Shown: one piece after another, positions 25,219-34,996 of the stretch
How positions within the stretch are numbered: the first letter of the stretch is position 1
Layout of the letters: each line of letters begins with the position of its first letter
Made by a program: the position numbers and the translations under genes
The notes under the pieces: model-generated
Told to the model about the DNA's origin: nothing
Databases searched by the model: none
What the model saw: the letters and a program-made list of their open reading frames with translations, nothing else
Assembly: GCF_001194135.2 (NCBI RefSeq)
Contig: NC_068981.1
Span: 139,569,793 to 139,617,356 of the forward strand
Direction: 5' to 3'
From: Octopus bimaculoides
Taxonomy: Eukaryota
DNA length: 47,564 nucleotides

Positions 25219-27148
25219 TTTTTTGGAATTTGAGTTGTCGATGACGTAGAGTTTTTATGTGAGTTGCAAAGTTGAGTATTTTTTGTTGTAAAATTGAGTG
25301 TCAATCATTGGGGTTAATTGTTGATATTGTTCGTGTTTTTTTTTTGTGTCTTCCCGTTGTGGAAAATGGAGAAAGCACCGGTAGGTGGCCAAAGTTATGC
25401 GGCCGCGACTGGAAAAGGAACAGAGGAAGGAAAGCTGGAAATAATCGAAATTAAGATTGATCCGAAGAAGATGAAGGAATGTGAGAAGTTGCTGGCGAGG
25501 GTCGGAAACACGCTGACGTTGACACCGCCTGTGGAACTGACAGAAGGTGTAAGAAAGAGAACTGTGGTTTTTAAAACCATGAAGGTGGCAACTAGAAGGA
25601 TAGAGCTCGCGACAGTTGAGGAGATCGAGGAGTACCTGAAAGGTATCAGAAAGCAAACAACTTTTGTAACTAGAAGAAAAAAATATGCCACTGTGGAGGT
25701 ACGATTTGCAACAGAAATAGAAGCAATTAAGAACTCTACGAAAGCTATACGATCGGAGGAATGGGTGCTGTTGCCGTTGTACTGTGGCAAACGTGTGGCC
25801 AGAGTGCGAATAGGCAAACTACCCCCAGAACTAGATGAAGCATGGCTCATGACAGCAATAAAGTACAACATGAAGGAAGAGGCCAAGATATTGAAGGCCA
25901 CAAGAACAAAGAGTGTGGATTATTGGGGATATGGAATCGAACTGACTATCCAGGCAACAGTGGAAGACCTTAATAGAATTGACGAGGAGATAGCGCTACC
26001 TGACGACCAAAAATTAAGAGTGAAAGTGGAGGGCAGGCCGCCTACATGTTTTGCATGTGGCGAGAAAGGCCACATGAAGGCGAGATGCCCGCAGAGAGAA
26101 CCAACAGAAAAACAGGAAGACACGAACCAGGTAGTACAGACAGAGACAGAAGAAAATACAACGGAGGAGGGATTCACGGTAGTGGAAAGAAAATGAAGGA
26201 GGAATGGAAGAACAAACTCACCACCAGAGAAACAGAGAAAGAAGAAGTGGAAAAGGAAGCTGTAACCAGAGGGAAGGCAGATGAAGAGGTGACAGAGAAA
26301 GAAAGAGAGAAGGCAACTACTAAACAGGTGGATTTACAAGAGGAGGGAACAGCGATAATGACGCCGGTTTCCCCAGCGAAGGAAGAGGATTCGAGAGTTG
26401 AAGCATCTGACGATGAATGGGATAAATGGTTTGGAGTTCGAGAAGGAAATACATCAGTAACAGAAGAAGAAGAGAAAAAATCAAGAAGATGGAAAAACAA
26501 TTCGAATTTTGTAACTTACTCAAAAAATAAGGAGACAGAGAAGAAAATTCTTAAATTCAAGCACNNNNNNNNNNNNNNNNNNNNNNNNNNNNNNNNNNNN
26601 NNNNNNNNNNNNNNNNNNNNNNNNNNNNNNNNNNNNNNNNNNNNNNNNNNNNNNNNNNNNNNNNNNNNNNNNNNNNNNNNNNNNNNNNNNNNNNNNNNNN
26701 NNNNNNNNNNNNNNNNNNNNNNNNNNNNNNNNNNNNNNNNNNNNNNNNNNNNNNNNNNNNNNNNNNNNNNNNNNNNNNNNAGCTGCCACCAGTGATCGAA
26801 CTCAGGGATTTGGAGCCGTTTATGAGGTATTAAAAAAAAAAATCTAAAAAAAAGAACAAAAAAAAGAACGAAAAAAAGTGTTTTTTTGTTGTAAATAAAA
26901 TTTTTAAAAAAAGAGAGAAAAAACAGATAATTAAGAATAACACATAGAAAAAGTGAACGATGGTAAATAGTTTATATAAACGATTCAAATGGTACTACAT
27001 GGTTATGGGGCCCATGCAGCCATTTCATTTCTTCATTATATAACATCTCATTGCCATTTGGTTTATGTTTTGTGTCCCCATTGTGGTGTTGTGTCTGTCC
27101 TTGTAGTGTCCCCATCTGTGTTGTGGCCATAGTGCCAAATAAAGAAAA
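25219..27148 (+). mobile_element. L1/Tx1-type non-LTR element apparently carrying only ORF1 (HAL1-like), with 16-bp target-site duplication
   Basis: The perfect direct repeat cagtagtagtagagtt lies at 25203-25218 and 27149-27164. Between them are a ~147-bp 5' UTR, ORF1, a 216-N gap, a short open frame LPPVIELRDLEPFMRY* (26783-26833), an A-rich stretch and a GT-rich 3' UTR ending aataaagaaaa. No endonuclease or RT motif is visible in the sequenced part. Confidence 0.7.
25366..26564 (+). pseudogene. ORF1p/gag-like nucleic-acid-binding protein with CCHC zinc knuckle (disrupted copy)
   Basis: The ORF starts MEKAPVGGQSYAAA and includes RVRIGKLPPEL and VEGRPPTCFACGEKGHMKARCP (C-x2-C-x4-H-x4-C at 26047-26088). 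The TGA at 26194-26196 is probably a CGA-to-TGA change, because the frame continues RRNGRTNSPPEKQRKKK. A frameshift then leads into an acidic E/K-rich tail that runs into the gap. Confidence 0.85.
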
Positions 27149-27576
27149 CAGTAGTAGTAGAGTTCTCAGACGGAGTCACTATCAATTATGTTATATGTAC
27201 GAGTTCGAATTATCGTCAAGGTAGACACTTCAAAGTCATTGTCATGCGGAGCTAAAAGCGATAGCACGATAGACGAGTCAATGATAAAATGATACATGCA
27301 TAAACCAAATGGTAGTAATATGAAGTAATATTAACCGTGTAGCACATTTCGGCGAGTAAGCGCCGAGTATTTTTGTGCGATGTTATAGTATGGGTCATAA
27401 TATTTGAGGTTCATGTTTCACATTAAAATATGTTTATTACATTACCTTAAGTACATTCTTTGGGCGTTCAAATTTATGTTTTCATGTTCATAAGAAGGAT
27501 TCTAATGAGAACAAAATATAAGCATGATCTTTAGCTCTGATCAGTGGCTTATCTGGACGATAGTCCCTCAAAAATA

Positions 27577-27650
27577 TATTACCCTACTCCAGGTTCTATC
27601 TTACTTAAAGGAAAAATATACTACCTTATCCCACGTTCTATCTTACTTGA
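27577..27650. repeat. Two-copy imperfect tandem duplication (~41-bp period)
   Basis: atattaccctactccaggttctatcttactt and atactaccttatcccacgttctatcttactt. Confidence 0.65.
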
Positions 27651-28499
27651 ATGTCAATATGAGCTAACCTATTTGGTTGTTCTGTTTGGCATTTCTTTCA
27701 GTATAAACTACGTGATATGAATTAGATATTGTGATTGTTTTCCCTCAGAAACCCGGTCCTTACACTTTAAACAATATGCGGTAAATTTACCTTGCAACAT
27801 GTCATTATCAAGAGCAAACGGTTCGTGTCAAGTGTATACAACGAAACATTTCCTTAATCAAACAAAATAGTTGAGCGGCTTATAATACATTATCAAACTA
27901 AACGGAAGATATTGTAGTTTTGAAGTAAACATATATGTTGGATAAAAAGTTGACAAGTGCTACAAGGTTGAAATACATTCGCAGGGAATGGAACTACAGA
28001 ATGTATAAGACACACTGCTGTTCAAAAGATCTCGTGATAGTGGTATTATGATGATTGTTTGCCATTTCCTTTATCATGTCTATTCTCCTCGTATGTAGCA
28101 GTGAAAACTAAAGAAGCCTTATACTTTAACCTATAGAAAGGCAGTTCTAAAGGATACATCGCTCAGTCGTTCTTACACTCTGTCATTCCATACACCACGG
28201 AATAAACATTGTAATTAACAATTATCAGTTAGAATCGAATGTTGTGGAGATTCCACCCTTTTAAGCATTCCTGCGACGAGTAAAATTTACAAAATCCAAA
28301 GCTGAACATCAATCGCATCGATTTCATCTGAGAAAGATTTCAAAGCAATTATCACTTGATGTTTTCCTTCTGAGGTGAAAATATGAAAATATAAACAATG
28401 TGCCGTGTGTACACAAGTGAAAAGCTACATGGAATTGTTTGAGACATAATTTCAATATTGGATATTTTAGCTGCTCAGAACAAAAAGGGAAATGGCCAT

Positions 28500-29050
28500 G
28501 GTCTTCATAGTCTCATTTACGCGTTAGACTATTGAAGTGAAGTTCTGTTTCTGTCGGTAGACGTCCGTAGAAGAAAGTAGGACAGGGATTATGCTCCAGG
28601 AAAATGGGGGTCTGTTTAGGAAAAGAAAGTAGGAATATGTATAATGTGTGTTATGTAAGACAAAATAAGGATGGCATGAAAAACATAGGCGTATGTGGGT
28701 GAGTGATGTAGCTAGCTCTTTCAGAGAAACATATGGTGTTGTAGTATCACCGGGAGAGAGAACTGACTGTGTGTGAGTTAATGGTCAAATCAGTAAATAG
28801 GCTTTCGAAGATATAGCCCAACTGTCGGAATATGTGGCTGCAATAGTGACAGGAGAAGTATAATTGAGCCGCTCACGCGAGCAGTACTGGAATATGGGTC
28901 GAGCTTAGATATACGAGTAGTGTTTAATTGCTCTTAAAAGGTAGTCGTTAAGATGCAATTTAGACATCGGAGAGATACTACGATATAGCATTTCTGGTGA
29001 CTTTGAGAACATTTGTAGTGTGTTGAGTTTATAAATCCTCTCTCCCGATA
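28500..29050 (-). mobile_element. Very degenerate L2/CR1-group LINE 3' fragment
   Basis: Minus-strand frames give ARPIFQYCS, SKAYLLI, YYNTICFSERASYI and FFPKQT. These resemble RPxLEYCS, KAIRLI, YYNGLCSSELAS and FFPRT. Confidence 0.4.
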
Positions 29051-29138
29051 TATTCAATAAATTCTTTTCTTGAAATTGACATTAATGATTTTATAGCATG
29101 TTTATATTAAATTATAAAAGAAATTGAAATCCAAAATT

Positions 29139-30086
29139 GTTGTTCAGTAACTGAACATCTTTTTGCAATATGATTTAATCGACAGCCTCTCGATACCTTT
29201 AATATGTTACGATAGAAAAATCATTTCATTTAAAGGTTAAGTGTCCGTGTTAGAAAAGTATATAGAATATATTTTCTAAACATAATAGAATATAATATAT
29301 TCTATTATCGTTCAGTTAAGTTTATCTAAAATTTCATCAAATTGTTAAATTAAGTATCTATTATTGAGGTTTCAATTTTGGCACAAGGCCAGCATTTCGG
29401 GGAGGGGGTAAGTCAGTTACATAGACCCCTCCTCCACACTCTATTGGTACTTATTTCCGAAATGAGGAAAGGCAAAGTCGACCCGAGCGGAATATGAACT
29501 CTGAAAGTTAAGACGGACAAAATAGTACAAAGTATATTGTCCGGCGTGCTAACGATTCTGCCAGCTTGCTGCCTTATAATTGTGTATGACATTAATACGT
29601 TCTTGGTATTGATAAATTAGTGAATGTATATTTCCTTTTCCGTAGACAGAAGGTAAAAAATTATGATGTGCAAAATGGTGTACTAATAAATTCACCAATT
29701 AGCAGCATTATTAAGAAGGATTAATACCTGGAAGGTCACAAATTTATAAAGATTGAATAAGCCTCAAGATATTATGTTCGAAAACATTTTAACTTCAGTT
29801 GGCTACCATTTAAAATTGAGTTAGATTCAATTATAAGCAAGACGGTACTAAATGCTGCCAGATATGTAGTTCTACAATCAACTGCTTCAAATTAAGTTGT
29901 TCAATTAACCTATCGTATGGTGCCCAAAATGCAGCTATGATAAAGTTCTTCTTTTTACACAGTTGTTTAGGAACTGAACATCTTTTTGCAATATGATTTA
30001 ACCGACAGCCTCTGGATACTTTTAATATGTTATGATGGAAAAATCATTTCATTTAAGGGTTAAGTGTCCATGTTAGAAAAGTATAT
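29139..30086 (+). repeat. Direct repeat of about 125 bp (29139-29264 and 29962-30086), about 90% identical
   Basis: aactgaacatctttttgcaatatgatttaa.cgacagcctct.gatac.tttaatatgtta.gat.gaaaaatcatttcatttaa.ggttaagtgtcc.tgttagaaaagtatata is present twice, 823 bp apart. Confidence 0.9.
29360..29575 (-). mobile_element. SINE family A copy
   Basis: The reverse complement begins aaggcagcaagctggcagaatcgttagcacgccgg and ends in the ccttgtgccaaaattgaaa tail variant. Confidence 0.8.
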
Positions 30087-30264
30087 AAAATGGGGGAGAA
30101 AATCCTTTATTGCGGCTTTTGTTTTATCTTCTGAAAGAAAGGCAAAGTGAAGAGTGGTAAAATTTGAACAAAAAGCAAAAAGTACTAAGTGTTTAGCGAA
30201 AAGTATTTGTTCATGGGTCTACCAATTCTGTGATTTCATCCACTACCCTATTGATTTTGTAATA

Positions 30265-30467
30265 TCTACTAATATTGATTTCAAATTTGGCACAGTAATA
30301 TCAGGGGTGGAGAATAAATCGATTACATTGACCCAAGTGCTCAACTGGTACTTAATTTATCTATGTTGAAAGGAAAAAGGCAAAGTGACCTTGGTAGAAA
30401 GTTAAGACGGACGAAATGCCGCCAAGCAGTTGGCCCTGCCTGATAACAATTCTGCCAGTTCGTCGCC
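30265..30467 (-). mobile_element. SINE family A copy, diverged with internal deletions
   Basis: The reverse complement begins ggcgacgaactggcagaattgtta and includes the tail gtgccaaatttgaaatcaatatt. Confidence 0.65.
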
Positions 30468-30495
30468 AATTTCTGCTAGTATTACTACCGTTTTT

Positions 30496-30658
30496 AAGGC
30501 TGCGAGCTGGCAGGATCGTAAGCACGTCGGGCGAAATTCTTAGCGAAATATCGCCCGTGTTTCCGTTCTGAGTTCAAATTCCGCCGCGATCGATTTTGTC
30601 TTTCATCCATACGGGGTCGATGAAATAATCACTAATTGAGCAGAGGCGTCGATGTAAT
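30496..30658 (+). mobile_element. SINE family A copy truncated by a gap, head-to-head with the previous copy
   Basis: aaggctgcgagctggcaggatcgtaagcacgtcgggcgaaa...gttctgagttcaaattccgccg (B-box-like gttcaaattcc). Confidence 0.85.
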
Positions 30659-31109
30659 NNNNNNNNNNNNNNNNNNNNNNNNNNNNNNNNNNNNNNNNNN
30701 NNNNNNNNNNNNNNNNNNNNNNNNNNNNNNNNNNNNNNNNNNNNNNNNNNNNNNNNNNNNNNNNNNNNNNNNNNNNNNNNNNNNNNNNNNNNNNNNNNNN
30801 NNNNNNNNNNNNNNNNNNNNNNNNNNNNNNNNNNNNNNNNNNNNNNNNNNNNNNNNNNNNNNNNNNNNNNNNNNNNNNNNNNNNNNNNNNNNNNNNNNNN
30901 NNNNNNNNNNNNNNNNNNNNNNNNNNNNNNNNNNNNNNNNNNNNNNNNNNNNNNNNNNNNNNNNNNNNNNNNNNNNNNNNNNNNNNNNNNNNNNNNNNNN
31001 NNNNNNNNNNNNNNNNNNNNNNNNNNNNNNNNNNNNNNNNNNNNNNNNNNNNNNNNNNNNNNNNNNNNNNNNNNNNNNNNNNNNNNNNNNNNNNNNNNNN
31101 NNNNNNNNC

Positions 31110-31428
31110 TAGGGTTAGGGTTAGGGTTAAAGCAAATTTAAAATGAAAAAAGCAAATAAAACGAAGGTATGGAGATTAAATACGCTTTACATCGCTTAAT
31201 CAGCCAAAGGAGTAAATGTAAACAACTGAATACTTGTCAGTGATTGGTTGAAATTATCGAAATAAGACAATTTTTTACTTGAAATAAATTCGAATACAAA
31301 AATATTTTTCTGTTCTATAACACAAAATAGATAAGTATACGAAGTTTGAAAGTCTTTCCGTACCAAAAACACTACGTAAAACATTAATGAAAAATATGGT
31401 CCCCGTTTTAAAATAGATCCGTATAATG
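31110..31428. repeat. Dispersed repeat carrying about 3 TTAGGG units, with a related inverted copy at about 38940-39060
   Basis: tagggttagggttagggtta lies at 31110-31129. The reverse complement of 31225-31290 (taatttcaaccaatcactgacaagtattcagttg) matches taatttcaaccaatcaacgacatttattcggttg at about 39015-39050. Confidence 0.5.
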
Positions 31429-31551
31429 AACACAATAGCATTGGTGAACACCCCTCCCCTCAAAATGGCTTGCTTTGTGTCTAACTAAGAAACATTTATT
31501 ACCAGACCTGGCAATGACGCGTATATTCATCAAACAATACAAGACATAATT

Positions 31552-31766
31552 AAGGCGGCGAACAGGTAGAAACGTTAGCGCGCCGGGCGAAATGCTTAGC
31601 AGTATTTCGTGTCTTTACGTTCTGAGTTCAATTCCGCCGAGGTCGACTTTACATTTCATCCTTTCGGGGTCAATAAATTGAGTACAAGTTGCGTACTGGG
31701 GTCGATCTAATCGAGTGGCACCATCCACCAAAATTTCGAGCCTTGTGCCTAGAGTTTAAAAGAATA
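31552..31766 (+). mobile_element. SINE family A, near full length
   Basis: aaggcggcgaacaggtagaaacgttagcgcgccgggcgaaatgcttag...gttctgagttcaattccgccgaggtcgacttt...ccttgtgcctagagtttaaaagaat. Confidence 0.9.
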
Positions 31767-32499
31767 CAGAACATAATTAATACTTATATGAAATATAGAC
31801 TTGTTGCTCATATCTTGTTGAATGTGTGTAGCCGAACCAAATGCATAACTAATGCTTTGCCACGAAACCTAATACTAAATTTTTGTGCTAAAAAGTAAAT
31901 CAGTTTTAAAAACTATTTATGTCTATAAGCGTTAACAAGAGCTTTTAACGATGACATGAGTTTCAAATTACAGTGGTTATTTAATGATATATTTTTGGAA
32001 ATAAATTAGAGTATGCTAGGTAATCTGATATCCAAGAACAAAAAAAAAACGCAGAGACATCTATCTATTTAGATAGATAGATGTGACGGCCCCTTTTTGG
32101 ACAATATAAGATTAACTCGTATCTATTCGTGTAATGGACCTCGGCCCTTACTCTGTTATTGATCATCCCAGCTTTTTATACCTCTTGACACTCTCCACCT
32201 TATTTCCATCCACAAATATGCCATTAAATAACCTTTGTACTTTGAAACCTATGTCATCGTTAAAAGTTCTTGTTAACTTATTTATTAATATCTTTTAACG
32301 TAATGCACTATAACCACATCTACAAGCTTTTTTTTGGAACCAATATTCTGTATCACGATGATTATAAACAATTCGAGTGTCCAATGCTACGAAAAATAGT
32401 GGGAAACATCGGACTACTTTTGAACATTTCCTATAGTCATTGTAAGCGACGGCTTATTACCTTTAAATATCCACAAACGCATTACTTATTCCATAAAAA

Positions 32500-32676
32500 T
32501 TCTTTTCTACTTTAGGCACAAGGCCCGAAATATTTGGGGAGGGGCCAGTCGATTAGATCGGCCAGTACGCAACTGGTACTTAATTATTCGACCCTGAAAA
32601 GACGAAAGGTAAAGTCGACCTTGGGTGAATTTGAACTCTGAACGTAACGACAACGTCTCTGCCAGCTCACCGCCTT
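32500..32676 (-). mobile_element. SINE family A copy with internal deletion
   Basis: It matches the reverse complement of the 31552 copy but lacks about 45 bp of the head between aacgtaacgac and ctgccagc. Confidence 0.85.
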
Positions 32677-32695
32677 GACTTATGCCATAAATATT

Positions 32696-32923
32696 TCTTT
32701 ATTGTCCACAGGGGGCTAAACATAGAGGGGACAAACAAGTATAGACAAAGGGATTAAGACGATTAGATCGACCCAGTGCGTAACTGGTACTTATTTAATC
32801 GACCTTGAAAGGATGAATGGCAAAGTCGACCTCGGTGGAATTTGAACTCAGAACGTAACGGCAGCCGAAAAAGCGCTAAGTATTTCGCCCGGCGCGCTAA
32901 CGATTCTGCTAGCTCACCGCCCT
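32696..32923 (-). mobile_element. SINE family A copy with alternative 3' tail and 18-bp TSD
   Basis: It is flanked by acttatgccataaatatt (32678-32695) and acttataccataaatatt (32924-32941). The tail ggggctaaacatagaggggacaaac differs from other copies. Confidence 0.85.
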
Positions 32924-33299
32924 ACTTATACCATAAATATTGGCGATTTAATTAATTTGGATAGAGCAGTTTGCAAAGAAACGTACAAGTCCTTCCTTTT
33001 TGCTGTCCACATACATATGTTAGACATACGAATTGGCTGAAATCGTCGTTATACACTGTCAAAGGTAATTCATAAATATACTTTATAGTAGATCTTGCAA
33101 TTAAAATAAACAATATTAATACACCAGTTACTTAGCATTTGATCTAGCTGCCACGATAATGTTAAGTATGGAGGATCATAAATACACACCTATATTTTAT
33201 CTCTTGCCACCAGATAAAAAAAAAACAAACAAATAAATAAGTAAACCGCCAAAATTTCATTGGTTTTCAAATGTTTTCATCAGATCAGAGCAGACTTTC

Positions 33300-34045
33300 A
33301 ATTTTCTTTCCTCCAGATCTGTTGTTACTTATCGAGGAACACATTTTGCACTTCGATAACGATATCCAGAGTCTTCCATTATTTTCGCGCAAATAAATTT
33401 CTCCAGTTACTAGTAATTCGTGCAACCGGTTACAAGTGATGATCTTCTGTTGCGTGGCTTGTCTTCAATATTGATTTATTTTCCCTATATTACATCTCAG
33501 TACATTACACTTGTGAATGCTGTTTTCCCTCGCTCTCCATTACACGAAGTATAGCTCTTACGATACAGCCCATGTGCTTGGCTTCGAGGTGCTGGTTTAA
33601 CTCCATTCTCCTTCACCTGAGATGCGTCGCCAGTTCTCATGGCTTCCACTAGGGCCTTAATTAATTCTATTTCCTTTCTACGCCTTCTAGCCACTAAACC
33701 TGCACTATATCTAATAGACTCAAATTTAATGGCTCTTTTGAGGGCGTGCCATCATTTGTTGTTAATAATGGAACCTGTCAACGCCCTCTGAATTAACAAC
33801 ATAATAAAGCTCCTGTACTCCTCAGTTGCCAAAAGGGACTTATTGGAGTCTCCAGTAGCCGGAACCCTTACTACATAACTTATCTAGGTACAGTTTACAA
33901 GTGACCATCTTGTGGTCGCTGTAACTGACCAGGTGATATTGTGGACACGTAACTATATCTAGTGTTCTAATAAAAATCCTGTCTATGTAAGACCTAGAAG
34001 ACCCGTCGATATTTCACCATGTCCACAATGGAGCGTGTGATAATG
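33300..34045 (-). mobile_element. L1/Tx1 ORF2 fragment: end of the APE endonuclease plus linker
   Basis: Minus-strand translation gives PLWTW*NIDGSSRSYIDRIFIR...SYSDHKMV (SDH at 33912-33920)...GSGYWRL / KSLL...WHALKRAIKFESIRYS...EAKHMGCIVRA. The lower boundary is approximate. Confidence 0.8.
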
Positions 34046-34046
34046 G

Positions 34047-34468
34047 CTGTGTGATAAGTAGATTGCATCCTAATCACATGAATCTAGGTTCAATCCCAAT
34101 GCATGGCACCTTGTGCAAATGTCTTTTACTATCGGTCCGGGCCGACCAAAGCGTTGTGTGTGGAATGTGGATTTGGCGGACGGAACCTGGATATATATAC
34201 ATATTATATAAGGATAAATTTAAAAAAAAATAATCAGTGGCCACTTTCCAAAAATACCTTTTAAGGTGAAAATTATAAAGAATAGTAAATAAGGGCAAAA
34301 TATAAAACATCTCTATCCCAATATGGTGAAAAATAGACCTTAGATCGTCTAACCACATAGAGTATTTTTCACTGTGTATTTATAGTGAAACTTATTCTAT
34401 GTGGTTAGACGATCTAATGTCTATTTTTCAGCATATTGGAATAGAAATATTCTTCTTTTGCCACTATT

Positions 34469-34506
<38 letters not shown>

Positions 34507-34678
34507 GAAACATATATACACACACACATATATTTATACATATATATATATATGTGTGTCCTTGTGCGTCTTTGTGTGTGTTTGTTCCCCACTAAGATTT
34601 GACAACCTGCGTTGGTGTAAGTCCTTGTAACTTAGCGGTTCGACATAAGACACGATAGAATAAGTACCAGAGTACCAA
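34047..34678 (+). mobile_element. SINE family B split at its internal (TA)n by a ~270-bp insertion
   Basis: The head gctgtgtgataagtagattgc...catggcaccttgtgcaaatgtctt...gggccgaccaaagc runs to about 34195. The body resumes after about 34475 with the microsatellite and tttgacaacc...acttagcggttcg...gatagaataagtacc. Confidence 0.8.
34286..34470. repeat. Long imperfect palindrome (fold-back), arms about 85 bp, 10-nt spacer
   Basis: The left arm ...ccaatatggtgaaaaatagaccttagatcgtctaaccacatagagtatttttcact matches the reverse complement of the right arm ...ccaatatgctgaaaaatagacattagatcgtctaaccacatagaataagtttcact. The ORF track shows MWLDDL.SIF.HIGIE on both strands. Confidence 0.95.
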
Positions 34679-34996
34679 GCTTCAATATCAGACGCCCGCA
34701 CCAAAGCGATGCAGTCAGGGTGGATCAAGCCCCAGTTTGTGTCCAGTTAGTACTACACCGGACAGTACTGCCCTTTTCCAGGTTTTAGCCTCTTCTGATC
34801 AACCACCGCTTCGAGGCAACCTTTATTGCCTCCTCCACAACCAACTTGATGACCTTCCACTCCGTGGCCCCTGTGATATCAAGCATGTATACTCCGCATG
34901 AGGGCTGGCTTGCAAGCCCACAACGTCACATCTCGCTGCATTCACAAATTAGTTGACAGCCACCACTTTGACATTGCTTCACCGGCTCAGGAAATG
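34679..34996 (-). mobile_element. HERO-like (R2-group, restriction-like endonuclease) non-LTR element 3' end
   Basis: Minus-strand translation is VKQCQSGGCQLICECSEM*RCGLASQ...MLDITGA...VIKLVVEEAIKVASKRWLIRRG*, followed by ggacacaaactggggcttgatccaccctg...gtctgatattg. Both resemble the HERO C-terminus (EVGCRGF...LGITG...AEVASRWLW) and 3' UTR as I recall them. Confidence 0.65.

Larger units (their letters stand above)
25111..27345 (+). mobile_element. Probable Gypsy 3' LTR (25111-25218 plus 27149 to about 27345), split by the 1.9-kb insertion
   Basis: It begins cgtagtg (a TG-like start with one substitution) directly after the PPT at 25101-25110. The sequence rejoins across the 16-bp duplication. 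The right boundary is not resolved. Confidence 0.4.

Noticed and set aside
27346-27368. Primer-binding site or Helitron 3' hairpin (tcggcg-agtaag-cgccga)
   Set aside because: It is a poor match to a tRNA 3' end and lacks the CTRR terminus expected of a Helitron.
31110-31129. Telomere or chromosome fusion site (TTAGGG x3)
   Set aside because: Only about 3 units are visible next to a gap, within a dispersed repeat that has a related copy at ~39000. This is too short to call, although the gap hides its true length.
32082-32260. Solo LTR starting tgtgacgg
   Set aside because: No matching CA end with a target-site duplication could be found.
33497-33694. Gag-like zinc knuckle in ORF MARRRRKE...SCNGERGK
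   Set aside because: The region is better explained as the Tx1 ORF2 linker, with a frameshift to EAKHMGCIVRA. The CCHC spacing is not met.
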